In this document: positions 1 to 9,023 of the stretch, in pieces | Numbering within the stretch: position 1 is the first letter of the stretch | Layout of the letters: each line of letters begins with the position of its first letter | Assembly: GCA_965203095.1 (NCBI GenBank) | Contig: OZ241877.1 | Span: 864,001 to 928,000 of the forward strand | From: Bdellovibrionales bacterium | GTDB lineage: Bacteria > Bdellovibrionota > Bdellovibrionia > Bdellovibrionales > UBA1609 | Length of the DNA stretch: 64,000 bases | Reading direction: 5' to 3' | Made by a program: the position numbers and the translations under genes | Notes under the pieces: generated by a model | What the model was told of the DNA's origin: nothing | Seen by the model: the letters and a program-made list of their open reading frames with translations, nothing else | Databases searched by the model: none

Positions 1-2
1 AT

Positions 3-650
3 CAATTTTCTGTTGGAGATGTGGGAGAGTTTGAAGTGGTCTCTATAAGTGATTTTGGTTTTTTTGTTAAAGTCAATGATATGATTGATGGCTTAGTGAG
101 GGTGTCTGATATTTCCTGGACAGAAAACATTAATCATTTTGAAACATATAAAACCGGGGATAAAGTCAAAGCCAAAATTTTAGATATTGATCCGGAAGGA
201 GAGAGATTCAGCCTGGGTATTAAGCAGTTGTCGGTCAACCCATGGTCCCTTGTGGAAGAAAAATACACTATCGGTTCTCGTCATGAAGTGGAAATCACCC
301 GTGTTGTGGATTTTGGAGCTTTTGTTCATATTCAGGATGACATTGAAGGCTTAATACATGTCAGTGAGTTAAGCAAAAAAAGAGTAGACAAACCTCAAGA
401 TGTGGTTCGTGTAGGGGATAAAGTGACGGCAGAAATTTTAAGTATTGACAAAAACGCCAAAAAAATCAACCTCAGCATTCGCCTTGTGGAATCCTCCTCA
501 CCGGAAGAGACAGCCAAACCACTAAAAGACAGCCCTTCAAAATCCTCTTCGCACTTTATGGAAAACTTTTTTGCTAAGGCTCTAAAAAAATCTGTCCGAA
601 TAAAAAATTCACAGGAAGAGAAAAAAGACGAAAAACAAAATGACAGCTAA
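3..650 (+). CDS. rpsA: 30S ribosomal protein S1, C-terminal part (5' truncated by window edge)
   Basis: Two S1 repeats (DFGFFVKV..IDGLVRVSDISW; DFGAFV..IEGLIHVSELS); frame is open back to the window start. Confidence 0.93.
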   Translation, partial: QFSVGDVGEFEVVSISDFGFFVKVNDMIDGLVRVSDISWTENINHFETYKTGDKVKAKILDIDPEGERFSLGIKQLSVNPWSLVEEKYTIGSRHEVEITRVVDFGAFVHIQDDIEGLIHVSELSKKRVDKPQDVVRVGDKVTAEILSIDKNAKKINLSIRLVESSSPEETAKPLKDSPSKSSSHFMENFFAKALKKSVRIKNSQEEKKDEKQNDS

Positions 651-1539
651 AAAATCTTTATTTTTATTGTGCTTCTTCTGCCTCATAGCTTGTGACTCCT
701 TTCATCAACAGGAAAAAACTGTGAAGGAAAGCTCCATTCTTTTATTAAAAGTCAATGGCATTATTACCAATGAGCTGGCTGAGGATTTTATGGAGTATGT
801 AAGGAAGTATGCCGGGAAAGATAAAATTAAAGGTGTTTTGGTGCGAGTCAATAGTCCGGGTGGGGTTGTTGGTGCCAGTCAGGAGATCAACTCCACCATT
901 CGTGAAGTGAGGGAGTTTTATAAAAAGCCTGTTTTTATTAGTGGAGGAGATGTGGTGGCCAGTGGGGCTGTGTATTCCATTGTATCGGCAGACAAAATTT
1001 TTGCCAGCCGAGGAACTCTGTTTGGATCGATTGGAGTTTTAATGACTTTTCACGATTATAGCGAGCTTATTCAATGGGCTAAAATGGATATTTATCAACT
1101 TAAAGCCGGTGAATTTAAAGACAGCGGAAGTCCTTTTCGAAAAATGACTTTAAGAGAAAGAGAGCTGTTTGAAGATCTAATGGAAACTGCCATTGATCAG
1201 TTTAAACAAGCTATTGTCAGCGGAAGGAAGTTAGAGCTTAAAGCGGTAGAAAGTTTTGCTGATGGACGCATTTTTTCTGGGGCGACCGCCCTTGATCTGG
1301 GGCTTGTAGACAGTTTAGGAACTTTCAATCAGGCGGTCCGGGCTATTGGGGAAAAAACAGGTTTAGGCTCAGACCCTCATTTATTTGATCCTGGGGCCAA
1401 AACCGCTTATGAAAGATTTTTTGAAGGTGTTTCCTCAAAAACTCCTCTTCTTAGCCAGTTGTTCTCTTTTTTTAAACTATCTAAACAACTGACAAATCGT
1501 CCACTTTATATTTTACCATCTTATATTTCTCCTCAATAA
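640..1539 (+). CDS. sppA: Signal peptide peptidase SppA (S49)
   Basis: RVNSPGG, VASGAVY, FGSIGV, KAGEFKDSGSPFR, FADGRIFSG motifs; follows rpsA. Confidence 0.93.
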   Translation: MTAKKSLFLLCFFCLIACDSFHQQEKTVKESSILLLKVNGIITNELAEDFMEYVRKYAGKDKIKGVLVRVNSPGGVVGASQEINSTIREVREFYKKPVFISGGDVVASGAVYSIVSADKIFASRGTLFGSIGVLMTFHDYSELIQWAKMDIYQLKAGEFKDSGSPFRKMTLRERELFEDLMETAIDQFKQAIVSGRKLELKAVESFADGRIFSGATALDLGLVDSLGTFNQAVRAIGEKTGLGSDPHLFDPGAKTAYERFFEGVSSKTPLLSQLFSFFKLSKQLTNRPLYILPSYISPQ

Positions 1540-2279
1540 TGAGATATGTTTCTCCATTTTATAATTTTAACATTAGCTCTTTTGTCAAAATCATTATTTT
1601 AGTCAATGTTTTTATTTGGTTTTTTTTAGTTTTTGTTTTGCAAGGGCTTTTTTTAGATAAAAACTATGTTTTTGGTTTTTTAGGATTAACGCCGGAAAAA
1701 GCAATCTCTCACTTTTGGTTATGGCAAATCTTCACCTATTTTTTTATTCATGCGGAAGGCTTTTTTCACATTGCCTTTAATATGTTTGTGCTTTGGATGT
1801 TTGGTGTTGAGCTGGAGAGATTTTGGGGCTCTCGGTTTTTTCTTCTTTATTATATGTTTTGTGGTATTGGGGCTGGGGTAATTTACTTGGTTAGCTCATG
1901 GATTGCTGTTTTCCTTTTTAATGCCTCCCCATTAGTTTTGACTGTTCCTATGGTGGGTGCTTCTGGGGCTATTTTTGGGATTTTATTTGCTTATGGTCTC
2001 ATTTTTAGTGAAAGGACTGTTTATTTTATGATGGTTTTTCCCATCAAAGCTCGTTATTTTACTTTACTGATTGCAATGGCGGAATTTGTGAGTTTGGTTA
2101 ATAGCGGGATGGGCAGTTCTGTTAGCCATTTGGCTCATTTATCTGGCTTCCTTTCCGGAATGATTTTTTTACAAGCTCGCCGGTTAAAGCACAAATTCCA
2201 TTTTTTAGAATGGGCAAAGGTTTGGAAGTCCCCTCGCTTAAAAGTTTTAAAAAATAAATCCCCTTGGAGGGAGCATTAA
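1539..2279 (+). CDS. Rhomboid family intramembrane serine protease
   Basis: HIAFNM, GASGA (catalytic Ser), SHLAHLSG (catalytic His); multiple TM segments. Confidence 0.92.
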   Translation: MRYVSPFYNFNISSFVKIIILVNVFIWFFLVFVLQGLFLDKNYVFGFLGLTPEKAISHFWLWQIFTYFFIHAEGFFHIAFNMFVLWMFGVELERFWGSRFFLLYYMFCGIGAGVIYLVSSWIAVFLFNASPLVLTVPMVGASGAIFGILFAYGLIFSERTVYFMMVFPIKARYFTLLIAMAEFVSLVNSGMGSSVSHLAHLSGFLSGMIFLQARRLKHKFHFLEWAKVWKSPRLKVLKNKSPWREH

Positions 2280-2343
2280 AATAAATAAAGTTTGTGGATT
2301 TTTTTCTTGGTTTTTATAAAATAACATAAAAGGAGGTTTTTTT

Positions 2344-2529
2344 ATGTCCGATCTGTCAAAAGCACTTAAGGCCCTTAAGTATGATAAACGAATGCTCAGT
2401 TGGAACTTACGGCAAAAAATTATAAGTCAAAAAGAGTATCAGAAGCATTTGTCTCAGCTAAAGGATATGTCTCATTTGGCTGCCTCCGATTCTTCTAAAG
2501 AAAGCAAAGAGGATCAAAATAACTCCTGA
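2344..2529 (+). CDS. Small hypothetical protein
   Basis: Strong RBS AAGGAGG upstream; 61 aa with a KYDKRM..WN motif. Confidence 0.7.
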   Translation: MSDLSKALKALKYDKRMLSWNLRQKIISQKEYQKHLSQLKDMSHLAASDSSKESKEDQNNS

Positions 2530-2542
2530 TGCTTTTTGGCTG

Positions 2543-3292
2543 TTGCTGATTTTTTTAGGTGGGGTTTCCGGCTTTTGTTCCTCTTGGTTAGGGGTGGGTG
2601 GCAGTGTTTTTATCGTCCCGCTCCTTCCTTTTCTATCGGGGTTGGATCCTCTGTCCTCTTTACAAGTTTCCCTTTCTCTAATTTTTGTCATTTCCCTTTT
2701 AAACAGCCTGTCTTTTATTATTCAAAAATTGGTTTTATGGGAGTTTTTTTTTCAAGGTCTGCTCAGTGCATTGGTTTTTGCCTTTCTGTCTGGTTTTTTT
2801 GTGACTCAGCTCAGCCCTTTTCAAATTCGTTTTATGTTGTGGCTTTTTTTGCTTTTGATATTGGCTTTGCCTTGGTTTTTAAAAAAAATTCCTTTTTTGC
2901 ATCAGCACGGTTTTTATGTTTTTAGCTCACTTATGGGTTTATGTGCTGGAGGAACAGGGCTTGGTGGAGGGCTTATCCTCAGCCCTTATTTGCATGAATC
3001 TCAAAAAATGCCTGTTAAAAACATTCCGGCGGTGGTGTCTTGCATTATGTTTTTTGTGTCCTCTTTTTCCCTTTTAGGTCAAATCTTTCGAGGGGGATTT
3101 TCTTTTGAAGTTTCTACTCATTGGAAGTTTTGTTTTTTTATTTTGTTGATCCCCTCCTCTTTGGCTTTGTGCTTGGGCTATGTGGCCAATATTCGGCAAA
3201 AAAACATTATATTGAGGAGACTGTTTTTAAGGGCCATAGTAGGGCTTATGTTTCTCAAACTCACAACGGAACTTATGGGCTTTCCTTTCTGA
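2543..3292 (+). CDS. TauE/SafE family sulfite exporter-like membrane protein
   Basis: Duplicated GVGGSVFIVP / GLGGGLILSP motifs, ~8 TM segments; start codon uncertain. Confidence 0.82.
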   Translation: MLIFLGGVSGFCSSWLGVGGSVFIVPLLPFLSGLDPLSSLQVSLSLIFVISLLNSLSFIIQKLVLWEFFFQGLLSALVFAFLSGFFVTQLSPFQIRFMLWLFLLLILALPWFLKKIPFLHQHGFYVFSSLMGLCAGGTGLGGGLILSPYLHESQKMPVKNIPAVVSCIMFFVSSFSLLGQIFRGGFSFEVSTHWKFCFFILLIPSSLALCLGYVANIRQKNIILRRLFLRAIVGLMFLKLTTELMGFPF

Positions 3293-3345
3293 ACCTTGCT
3301 CAAGAGGATTAAATGATCACTGGCTAAAAAGTGTATTCTTTATCT

Positions 3346-3482
3346 TTTTTGCCCCTGAAAAACCTCGGCCTTTTATCGCATAAGCAAAAGCCAGCGGTGA
3401 GGGTCCAAGGTATTGCCGTCCCGAACAAGCTGGACTTTTGCTTATGCGATCTATCAAATGTAGACTTTTTCATGGGTGATTA
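3346..3482. mobile_element. MITE-like element, copy 1, with conserved 28-nt core in a 16+5 bp stem
   Basis: Stem 3375-3450; core 3398-3425; right terminal repeat TTTTTCATGGGTGATTA 3466-3482; 3373-3452 identical to 23379-23458. Confidence 0.85.
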
Positions 3483-4685
3483 GATAGAGAGTTCTACAGG
3501 AGCATTTTCAAGACTCCTTTGAGTGAAAAGGAGCCTTCCATCACAGGCAAAACCCAAACCGCTCCAATCCACTTTATTTAGTTTTTCGGCGGCTTTTTCA
3601 ACATCTGTCCTGGGATCTTTTGGAAAAAGAGCCATAACAGATCCATCATATTCCAAAGATTTATGTGTAAAAAAGGGTTTGGGATTGCGGGTTTTGCAAT
3701 TGACATAAACACGAGGGCCTTTTCTATCGCAATATTTCCTCCCCCACTCCCACCAGTTATTTTCATTAAAAGATCTGATTCTACGGCTCAAAAGTTCTGT
3801 TTTATGAGGCAGTAGACTTTTGTCTTTTTGATTATAGATCATTCTCCGTGTTTTTTTTGTGCTGGCAGTAAAAGAGCACACCATATTTGCATTCCCTCGG
3901 TTTTCATTTGCAAATATATGGTCAGCCCCGCTTACAGCTCCCACTTTCACTTCAAATTGATCGGATAAATTCCCACTTTTTTTGGATCCAAACCAAAGTT
4001 GACCTTGGTGGTGATGGAACCAGCCCCACCCGCCGGAAAGCTTATGATTCTTTCTTCCTTTCTCCCATCGCCAGATAGCACAGTTGGGGCTATAACCGGA
4101 AAACACCGGCAAATCGCCCAATTCGCGATAATAGCTAATAGAGCCTTTTTTATAAAGATCACTATTTAATATTTTAGCACTGGTGGCTTTTAAAAAGTCG
4201 CGAGGAGTAATAAAGATCAGCTCCCCAGCCTTGTTTAAATGCTGAATGCACTTTGCGATAAAAAAAAGATAAAGGTTAGTTCTTCTATCAAAGCCTTCCA
4301 TGGGCAATATTTTTTTGGTTTCAGGCAATATGTCCTGAAAACGAACATAAGGGGGATTGCCAATAATGGTATTAAATTTATTGGCAATGGGGTAGGAAAA
4401 AAAATCACAAAAAACAATCTTGTTTTTAAGCTTTTTGGCTATTGAGGAATGATTCAACAAAGTTTTATCTAACTCAATACCTAAAATCTTGTTTTTTTGA
4501 ACAAAGGTTTTATTATTCAAATAATTTAAAAAAGCACCATTCCCACAAGCCGGCTCCAACAAAGCCCCTTGATTTTGACGCAATAAAAGCATTTCCCGCA
4601 CAATATTATTGGGAGTAAACACCTGTCCTAAGTGTTTTATGCTTTTGGATTTTTTAGCATAAGCCTCAGTTTTATGGTTTGGCAT
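3480..4685 (-). CDS. N6-adenine DNA methyltransferase (gamma class), similar to Helicobacter pylori HP0910-type GTNNAC MTases
   Basis: GQVFTP, LLEPACGNGAF (motif I), IIGNPPY (motif IV), ELIFITPRDFLK, VKVGAVSG, FNENNWWEWGR, FTQRSLENA; start at ATG 4685 is my choice (ORF extends to 4814); specificity is by recalled similarity only. Confidence 0.88.
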   Translation of the reverse strand: MPNHKTEAYAKKSKSIKHLGQVFTPNNIVREMLLLRQNQGALLEPACGNGAFLNYLNNKTFVQKNKILGIELDKTLLNHSSIAKKLKNKIVFCDFFSYPIANKFNTIIGNPPYVRFQDILPETKKILPMEGFDRRTNLYLFFIAKCIQHLNKAGELIFITPRDFLKATSAKILNSDLYKKGSISYYRELGDLPVFSGYSPNCAIWRWEKGRKNHKLSGGWGWFHHHQGQLWFGSKKSGNLSDQFEVKVGAVSGADHIFANENRGNANMVCSFTASTKKTRRMIYNQKDKSLLPHKTELLSRRIRSFNENNWWEWGRKYCDRKGPRVYVNCKTRNPKPFFTHKSLEYDGSVMALFPKDPRTDVEKAAEKLNKVDWSGLGFACDGRLLFTQRSLENAPVELSI

Positions 4686-4879
4686 TAGCTTGTGGTTTTT
4701 TTTACCTTTGAGGTCACTTGCTGTCATAAGATATTTTTGCTTTGAGCTGTTTCTTAGCCATTTTTTTATAGCTTTATTTAAAAATAATAGCAAATACTCT
4801 TTCCTGCAAGTCAAACAAGCCCATAGTCAAGAGGAAGTAATGATGTGGATTTATCCCTCCGGAAAGCCTACACCCAAAA

Positions 4880-4918
4880 AACTTCGGCGGGAATGACTGG
4901 CTTTTTCACAAGCGACTA
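4880..4918. repeat. Partial dRS3-like palindrome plus MITE terminal repeat
   Basis: GCGGGAATGAC followed by TTTTTCACAAGCGACTA (4902-4918). Confidence 0.65.
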
Positions 4919-4931
4919 TTCAACGGGAGGG

Positions 4932-5699
4932 CTAATAATGGCATTGGTTTTCTTCATTATAATTCCAGCCAGAGATACCAGGGCCACTATGAATTGTATA
5001 TTTCTGAATTAAATAAGATTTGCTGTAGACTACCCCAGAACTCAACACAATCTCTTTATCCCCCTCAAGCCGGACAATGCGAATTTCATGCCCCTCCGGA
5101 TGATAAGGGAGATAGGCGTCCACATGGCGATAGTCTAAAATCCCGTCTTCAGGTTTTATTTGCCAAGATTCTGGAGTCCAAGTTCCTAAAGCATCTGCAA
5201 GCTCTATATAAACCTCAGAGTAGTCCCCCTCATCATCATAAAGCCATGGATCTTCAGCATATTCCCTCTTCATATAAGCCTCAGAGTATCTCCCCTCCTC
5301 ATCATAATCCTCTGGAGAATCCAACCTTAAAAAATCTTCTGCGAGTAAAACACCATTTTTATCATAAAGCCTAATCCTTAAATCCTCCCTATAAATAGGT
5401 TTTTTATCCTTTTCCTTACTATAACAATAAGATCTACCGGAAAAATTAAACTTCTCATCTCCATAGTCTAAAGAATGAGGATATTTTTTAGCAAAATCCT
5501 CACCTTCTTTTAGAAATCCCATTTTAATCTTTTCCTGTTTCAATTCTTCTAATCTTCTCGGATCTGCAGGCCAGTAAGAACCATAAGTAATGATCTCCTC
5601 TAATTCCTTCTTAGGGAAATCGGGCTGTTTTTTCCTCAAACAACTGCATGAAAAAATTAAAATCGAAAACAAAACAGAATAAAGAAAACTCTTTGGCAT
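4932..5699 (-). CDS. Hypothetical lipoprotein with acidic internal repeat
   Basis: RBS AGGAGGA before ATG 5699; signal peptide ending IFSCSC; repeat YDEEGRYSEAY / YDDEGDYSEVY. Confidence 0.75.
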   Translation of the reverse strand: MPKSFLYSVLFSILIFSCSCLRKKQPDFPKKELEEIITYGSYWPADPRRLEELKQEKIKMGFLKEGEDFAKKYPHSLDYGDEKFNFSGRSYCYSKEKDKKPIYREDLRIRLYDKNGVLLAEDFLRLDSPEDYDEEGRYSEAYMKREYAEDPWLYDDEGDYSEVYIELADALGTWTPESWQIKPEDGILDYRHVDAYLPYHPEGHEIRIVRLEGDKEIVLSSGVVYSKSYLIQKYTIHSGPGISGWNYNEENQCHY

Positions 5700-5730
5700 T
5701 ACTCCTCCTTTTTTATCTTTTCGCCACTCC

Positions 5731-5843
5731 GTCATTCCCGTGAAAACGGGAATCCATAAAAACTTGCTTTACAGGAAAACCACCGTTTTCACAAAAACTG
5801 GCTCTTCTGGATTCCCGCTCAAGGCGGGAATCACGGACGACTA
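5731..5843. repeat. Inverted pair of dRS3-like palindromes (ATTCCC-N8/9-GGGAAT) ending in the MITE terminal motif
   Basis: GTCATTCCCGTGAAAACGGGAATCCA 5731-5756; TGGATTCCCGCTCAAGGCGGGAATCAC 5808-5834; ends TCACGGACGACTA. Confidence 0.85.
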
Positions 5844-5855
5844 ATTATTGTAGCC

Positions 5856-8800
5856 CTATTCTTGTTTTTTGTCCATACTCTTTGGTTTTATTTCCGGTTT
5901 TTTACTTTTTTTCTGCTTTTTCTTTTTCTTCTTAGGGATTGTAGTAGTCAAAATAAGTTTTTTTTGAGGGTTTAAAACCACAAGCCTTAACTTATCCCTC
6001 TCTATTCCCTCCGGTAAATCAAAAACAGCTCTCAAAGGGGAAAAATCAAAAGCTCGCTTTTCTGACCGACCATTCCTATAAAAAATCTCCATCTCCATTT
6101 TTAAAATCGGCCTTTTGATCTCCTTTAAAAGGCTTTGCTCCCTCCATAACTGGAAAAACAATGTGGGAAGTTTAGTATTCTGGGTCCTGGGATAAAAAGA
6201 GGGGGTTTTAAGAGCTGTTCTCCTAACCCTAATTTTAGGCACAACAAAAGAATTTTCATTAGGGTTATAAAAACCAGATATGATAATGGCCTTTCTTTTC
6301 TGATCTTCTCTGTGAAAAGAGTCGGTTTGGCTAAACAAATTTATTCTGGGATCTATCACTGTTCCGTATTTATGCGATGTCCAAAAGATCTTTTGATGAG
6401 TGTCACGGTCTATCCATTGATCTTTAATTTCGCCTTGATTATTCATAATGCTCCAGCGGTTTTTGACAAACTCCCAAAACTGCCTGCCATTTTTCTGCCA
6501 AGCCCTTAAACCCTGAGGGATTTTGTATTTAAAACAAGCCTTAAGAGACCTCCCCTTAAACTCGCGACAATACTCTATTGGCCCTGTTTCTTTCTTGTAA
6601 AACTCTCTTCCTTGGCCTAAGGTATGAGCCAGCTCATGGGCTACTGTTCCCTGATTCAGCTGATCTTCTCTTACAAAAGCCACATTCCAACTCCCACCAA
6701 AAAAATCTCGTATCCAGTTGAATGTAATATAATCCCCCGTATTCAAAATCTCCCAAGCTGGGCGAATCACCAATCCTGCCACTGGATCGCCTTCTCTATC
6801 CACCTTCTTATTAAAAATAAAAAAATCCTTAGAAACAATGGCAATAATCTTTCCATAACCAAGAGCTGAGCGAATATTCTCCACATTCCCAACAGCCCAC
6901 AACAAAGTCTTAGTTATATCCCCTCTATACTGGGCTGGCCCCGCATTGCAAGAACCATAGATATAATCATAACTTTTCTCTCCTGATTTATACCTCAAAA
7001 CAGAAGATTGGATTCCTGAAATAGGAAACATGGAAAGGATATAACTTATCTCATCCGAACGAGCAAAATCCCTTAATTTCTGAAGAGAAACTATGTCATA
7101 ACCTGTCTTTTTATCAGGGCTTGCATAGCAGTTTTTTCCACCATATATCCGGGTAAAAGCCAATTTTAAACTATGGGTTTTAATAATTTTTATTTGAAAA
7201 CTCTGTTGCCTGTGGCAAGATTCATTGTTTGTATTTATGCCATCAACAGGAAAAAGAGTAAGTTGGATATGATGATTAAAATTGGCTCTTTTTAACCAAG
7301 CCTCCTGCATAGGGAGAGGGAAAAACTTATAAGATCCTTCGGCTTTTAGATCATCTCTTGTAAAAGAGCAAATATCCTCCTCCCCCTCTTTCATTACCCC
7401 TTTCTGGGGTTCATGAAAACATGTTTTGTAATATTCCTTCTTGTTGCCAGAAATCAATAAATCAATGGCAAATTCTTTTTGCCTGTTCATCCCACCCCTC
7501 CTCAACTCCAGTAAAACACCAGCAGGTTTCCCCATTGCTAAATCATAATTGTTGTAAGGTTTTTTTGCTTGGCTTTTCATTGGTTCTATTTGAGGAGCTT
7601 TTACACTTTGATAAAGGATAGCCGATCGGAGTTTTGGCATAGAGACAGGGCATTTTTTTGAGTTGGTATCCGCTTGAGCCAGCAAAATGGGCTTTTCTTG
7701 CTCTAACTCACTTGTGCGACTTCCCCTTAAATTTTCAGAAGAATAAGCCTCAATCTCACCAGAGCTTTTATGGGATATTTTAGAAAAGCTGACTTGACCT
7801 GCTACCTTCCTATTTCTATTTCTATTCCTCCTCCGGTATTGGGAACTTTGACGACTCCTCATTCTCATAGAAGATCTCTTTTTCTTATTAGAAACTCTTA
7901 ACTTTTGAGAAAGTTTTTTCCTTGCTTGAGAAAGCTTTTTTTTGGAACTCTTTTTTGATTTTTTTGATTTTAAACTTTGGTTGGACTGGCTGGCCTTTTT
8001 CCCTTTCCCCTCAAGCTTTTGAGAAACCAAGGCTTTGCTCTTTTTTTGAGCTGGTTTAGAGTTTTTTGACTTAGAGGCAGAATGAGACTTTGAAGTAGAG
8101 GCTTTTTGAGCTGTTTTAGAGTTTTTTGCTTGATCTGCCTCTTTTTTTTGCCTTTCAGCCAGTATTTTCTCTAACCGGGCCTGCTCCTCAGCCTCCTTTG
8201 CCCTCAATTTTTCCTCTTTTTGCTTTCTCAGCCTCTCTTCTTCCTCCTCCTTCGCTCTTCTTTCCTCATCCATTTTTTGACTTTGAGCTTGACGGCACAT
8301 ACTCAAAGCAAAATTGTTGAGGTAATGAGCCGTCTTTAAACTCCTAATCCCCTCACAACGAACAATATCCTTTGCCTTAAGATCTTCTCTCAAAAGGGAT
8401 TTCTTATCTAAACTCTGTTTTTTGTATTTTTCCGCTAAACGGATCATGGCCTCATTACAAAACTTTTGATCAGTTGTTTGATTAGGGGCTGGGTTTTTTG
8501 CCTTCTCTAAAACTTCATCAATAGAGTATTTATTGGGAATGGCAAAACAACTCCTAAAATAATTTTTAAAAGCCTCTAATCTGTTCTCACAATCCATCTC
8601 GCAATTTTCCACCCCAAGATTGCAAACATTAGATTGAATATTGGATAAAGAGCTTATGAGGCCAGAAAGTTGGTTTAACTGGCAAGAAAGAATATCCCCG
8701 CCCGATTCCTCCACACGGCTTAAGCTTTCAGTTTTTAACTGTTGGGCCAAATCCGAACCATAATGTTCCTCACAATCAGAAGGATCTCTGCAACAAAATT

Positions 8801-9017
8801 TAATGTTTTCATAAGTGTTCTCGCAGTATTGATAAATCCCCTTACTCTCTTTTTTGTTTAAAATAATGTTGTATAAATCCTTCCAACATTCCTTCTCCAC
8901 TGTGCAAGTGTAGCCGGAAGATTTTGTTGGAGTTGTTTTAAAATCTTGAGCTGATGATAAAGCAATGAAAGGGATAAGAAGGAAGGAGAGACCGGAAAAA
9001 ATATAAGGAGAGGTCAT
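5856..9017 (-). CDS. Large secreted protein: Cys-rich N-domain, coiled coil and Lys/Ser/Arg-rich linker, putative zinc metalloprotease domain
   Basis: Signal peptide; many Cys in the first ~245 aa; VAHELAHTLG HExxH motif; basic C-terminal tail. Confidence 0.72.
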   Translation of the reverse strand: MTSPYIFSGLSFLLIPFIALSSAQDFKTTPTKSSGYTCTVEKECWKDLYNIILNKKESKGIYQYCENTYENIKFCCRDPSDCEEHYGSDLAQQLKTESLSRVEESGGDILSCQLNQLSGLISSLSNIQSNVCNLGVENCEMDCENRLEAFKNYFRSCFAIPNKYSIDEVLEKAKNPAPNQTTDQKFCNEAMIRLAEKYKKQSLDKKSLLREDLKAKDIVRCEGIRSLKTAHYLNNFALSMCRQAQSQKMDEERRAKEEEEERLRKQKEEKLRAKEAEEQARLEKILAERQKKEADQAKNSKTAQKASTSKSHSASKSKNSKPAQKKSKALVSQKLEGKGKKASQSNQSLKSKKSKKSSKKKLSQARKKLSQKLRVSNKKKRSSMRMRSRQSSQYRRRNRNRNRKVAGQVSFSKISHKSSGEIEAYSSENLRGSRTSELEQEKPILLAQADTNSKKCPVSMPKLRSAILYQSVKAPQIEPMKSQAKKPYNNYDLAMGKPAGVLLELRRGGMNRQKEFAIDLLISGNKKEYYKTCFHEPQKGVMKEGEEDICSFTRDDLKAEGSYKFFPLPMQEAWLKRANFNHHIQLTLFPVDGINTNNESCHRQQSFQIKIIKTHSLKLAFTRIYGGKNCYASPDKKTGYDIVSLQKLRDFARSDEISYILSMFPISGIQSSVLRYKSGEKSYDYIYGSCNAGPAQYRGDITKTLLWAVGNVENIRSALGYGKIIAIVSKDFFIFNKKVDREGDPVAGLVIRPAWEILNTGDYITFNWIRDFFGGSWNVAFVREDQLNQGTVAHELAHTLGQGREFYKKETGPIEYCREFKGRSLKACFKYKIPQGLRAWQKNGRQFWEFVKNRWSIMNNQGEIKDQWIDRDTHQKIFWTSHKYGTVIDPRINLFSQTDSFHREDQKRKAIIISGFYNPNENSFVVPKIRVRRTALKTPSFYPRTQNTKLPTLFFQLWREQSLLKEIKRPILKMEMEIFYRNGRSEKRAFDFSPLRAVFDLPEGIERDKLRLVVLNPQKKLILTTTIPKKKKKKQKKSKKPEIKPKSMDKKQE

Positions 9018-9023
9018 ATAGTT

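Noticed and set aside
5700..5735. ATG 5735 as start of the lipoprotein
   Set aside because: It lies within the repeat (GAATGAC); RBS and signal peptide favour ATG 5699
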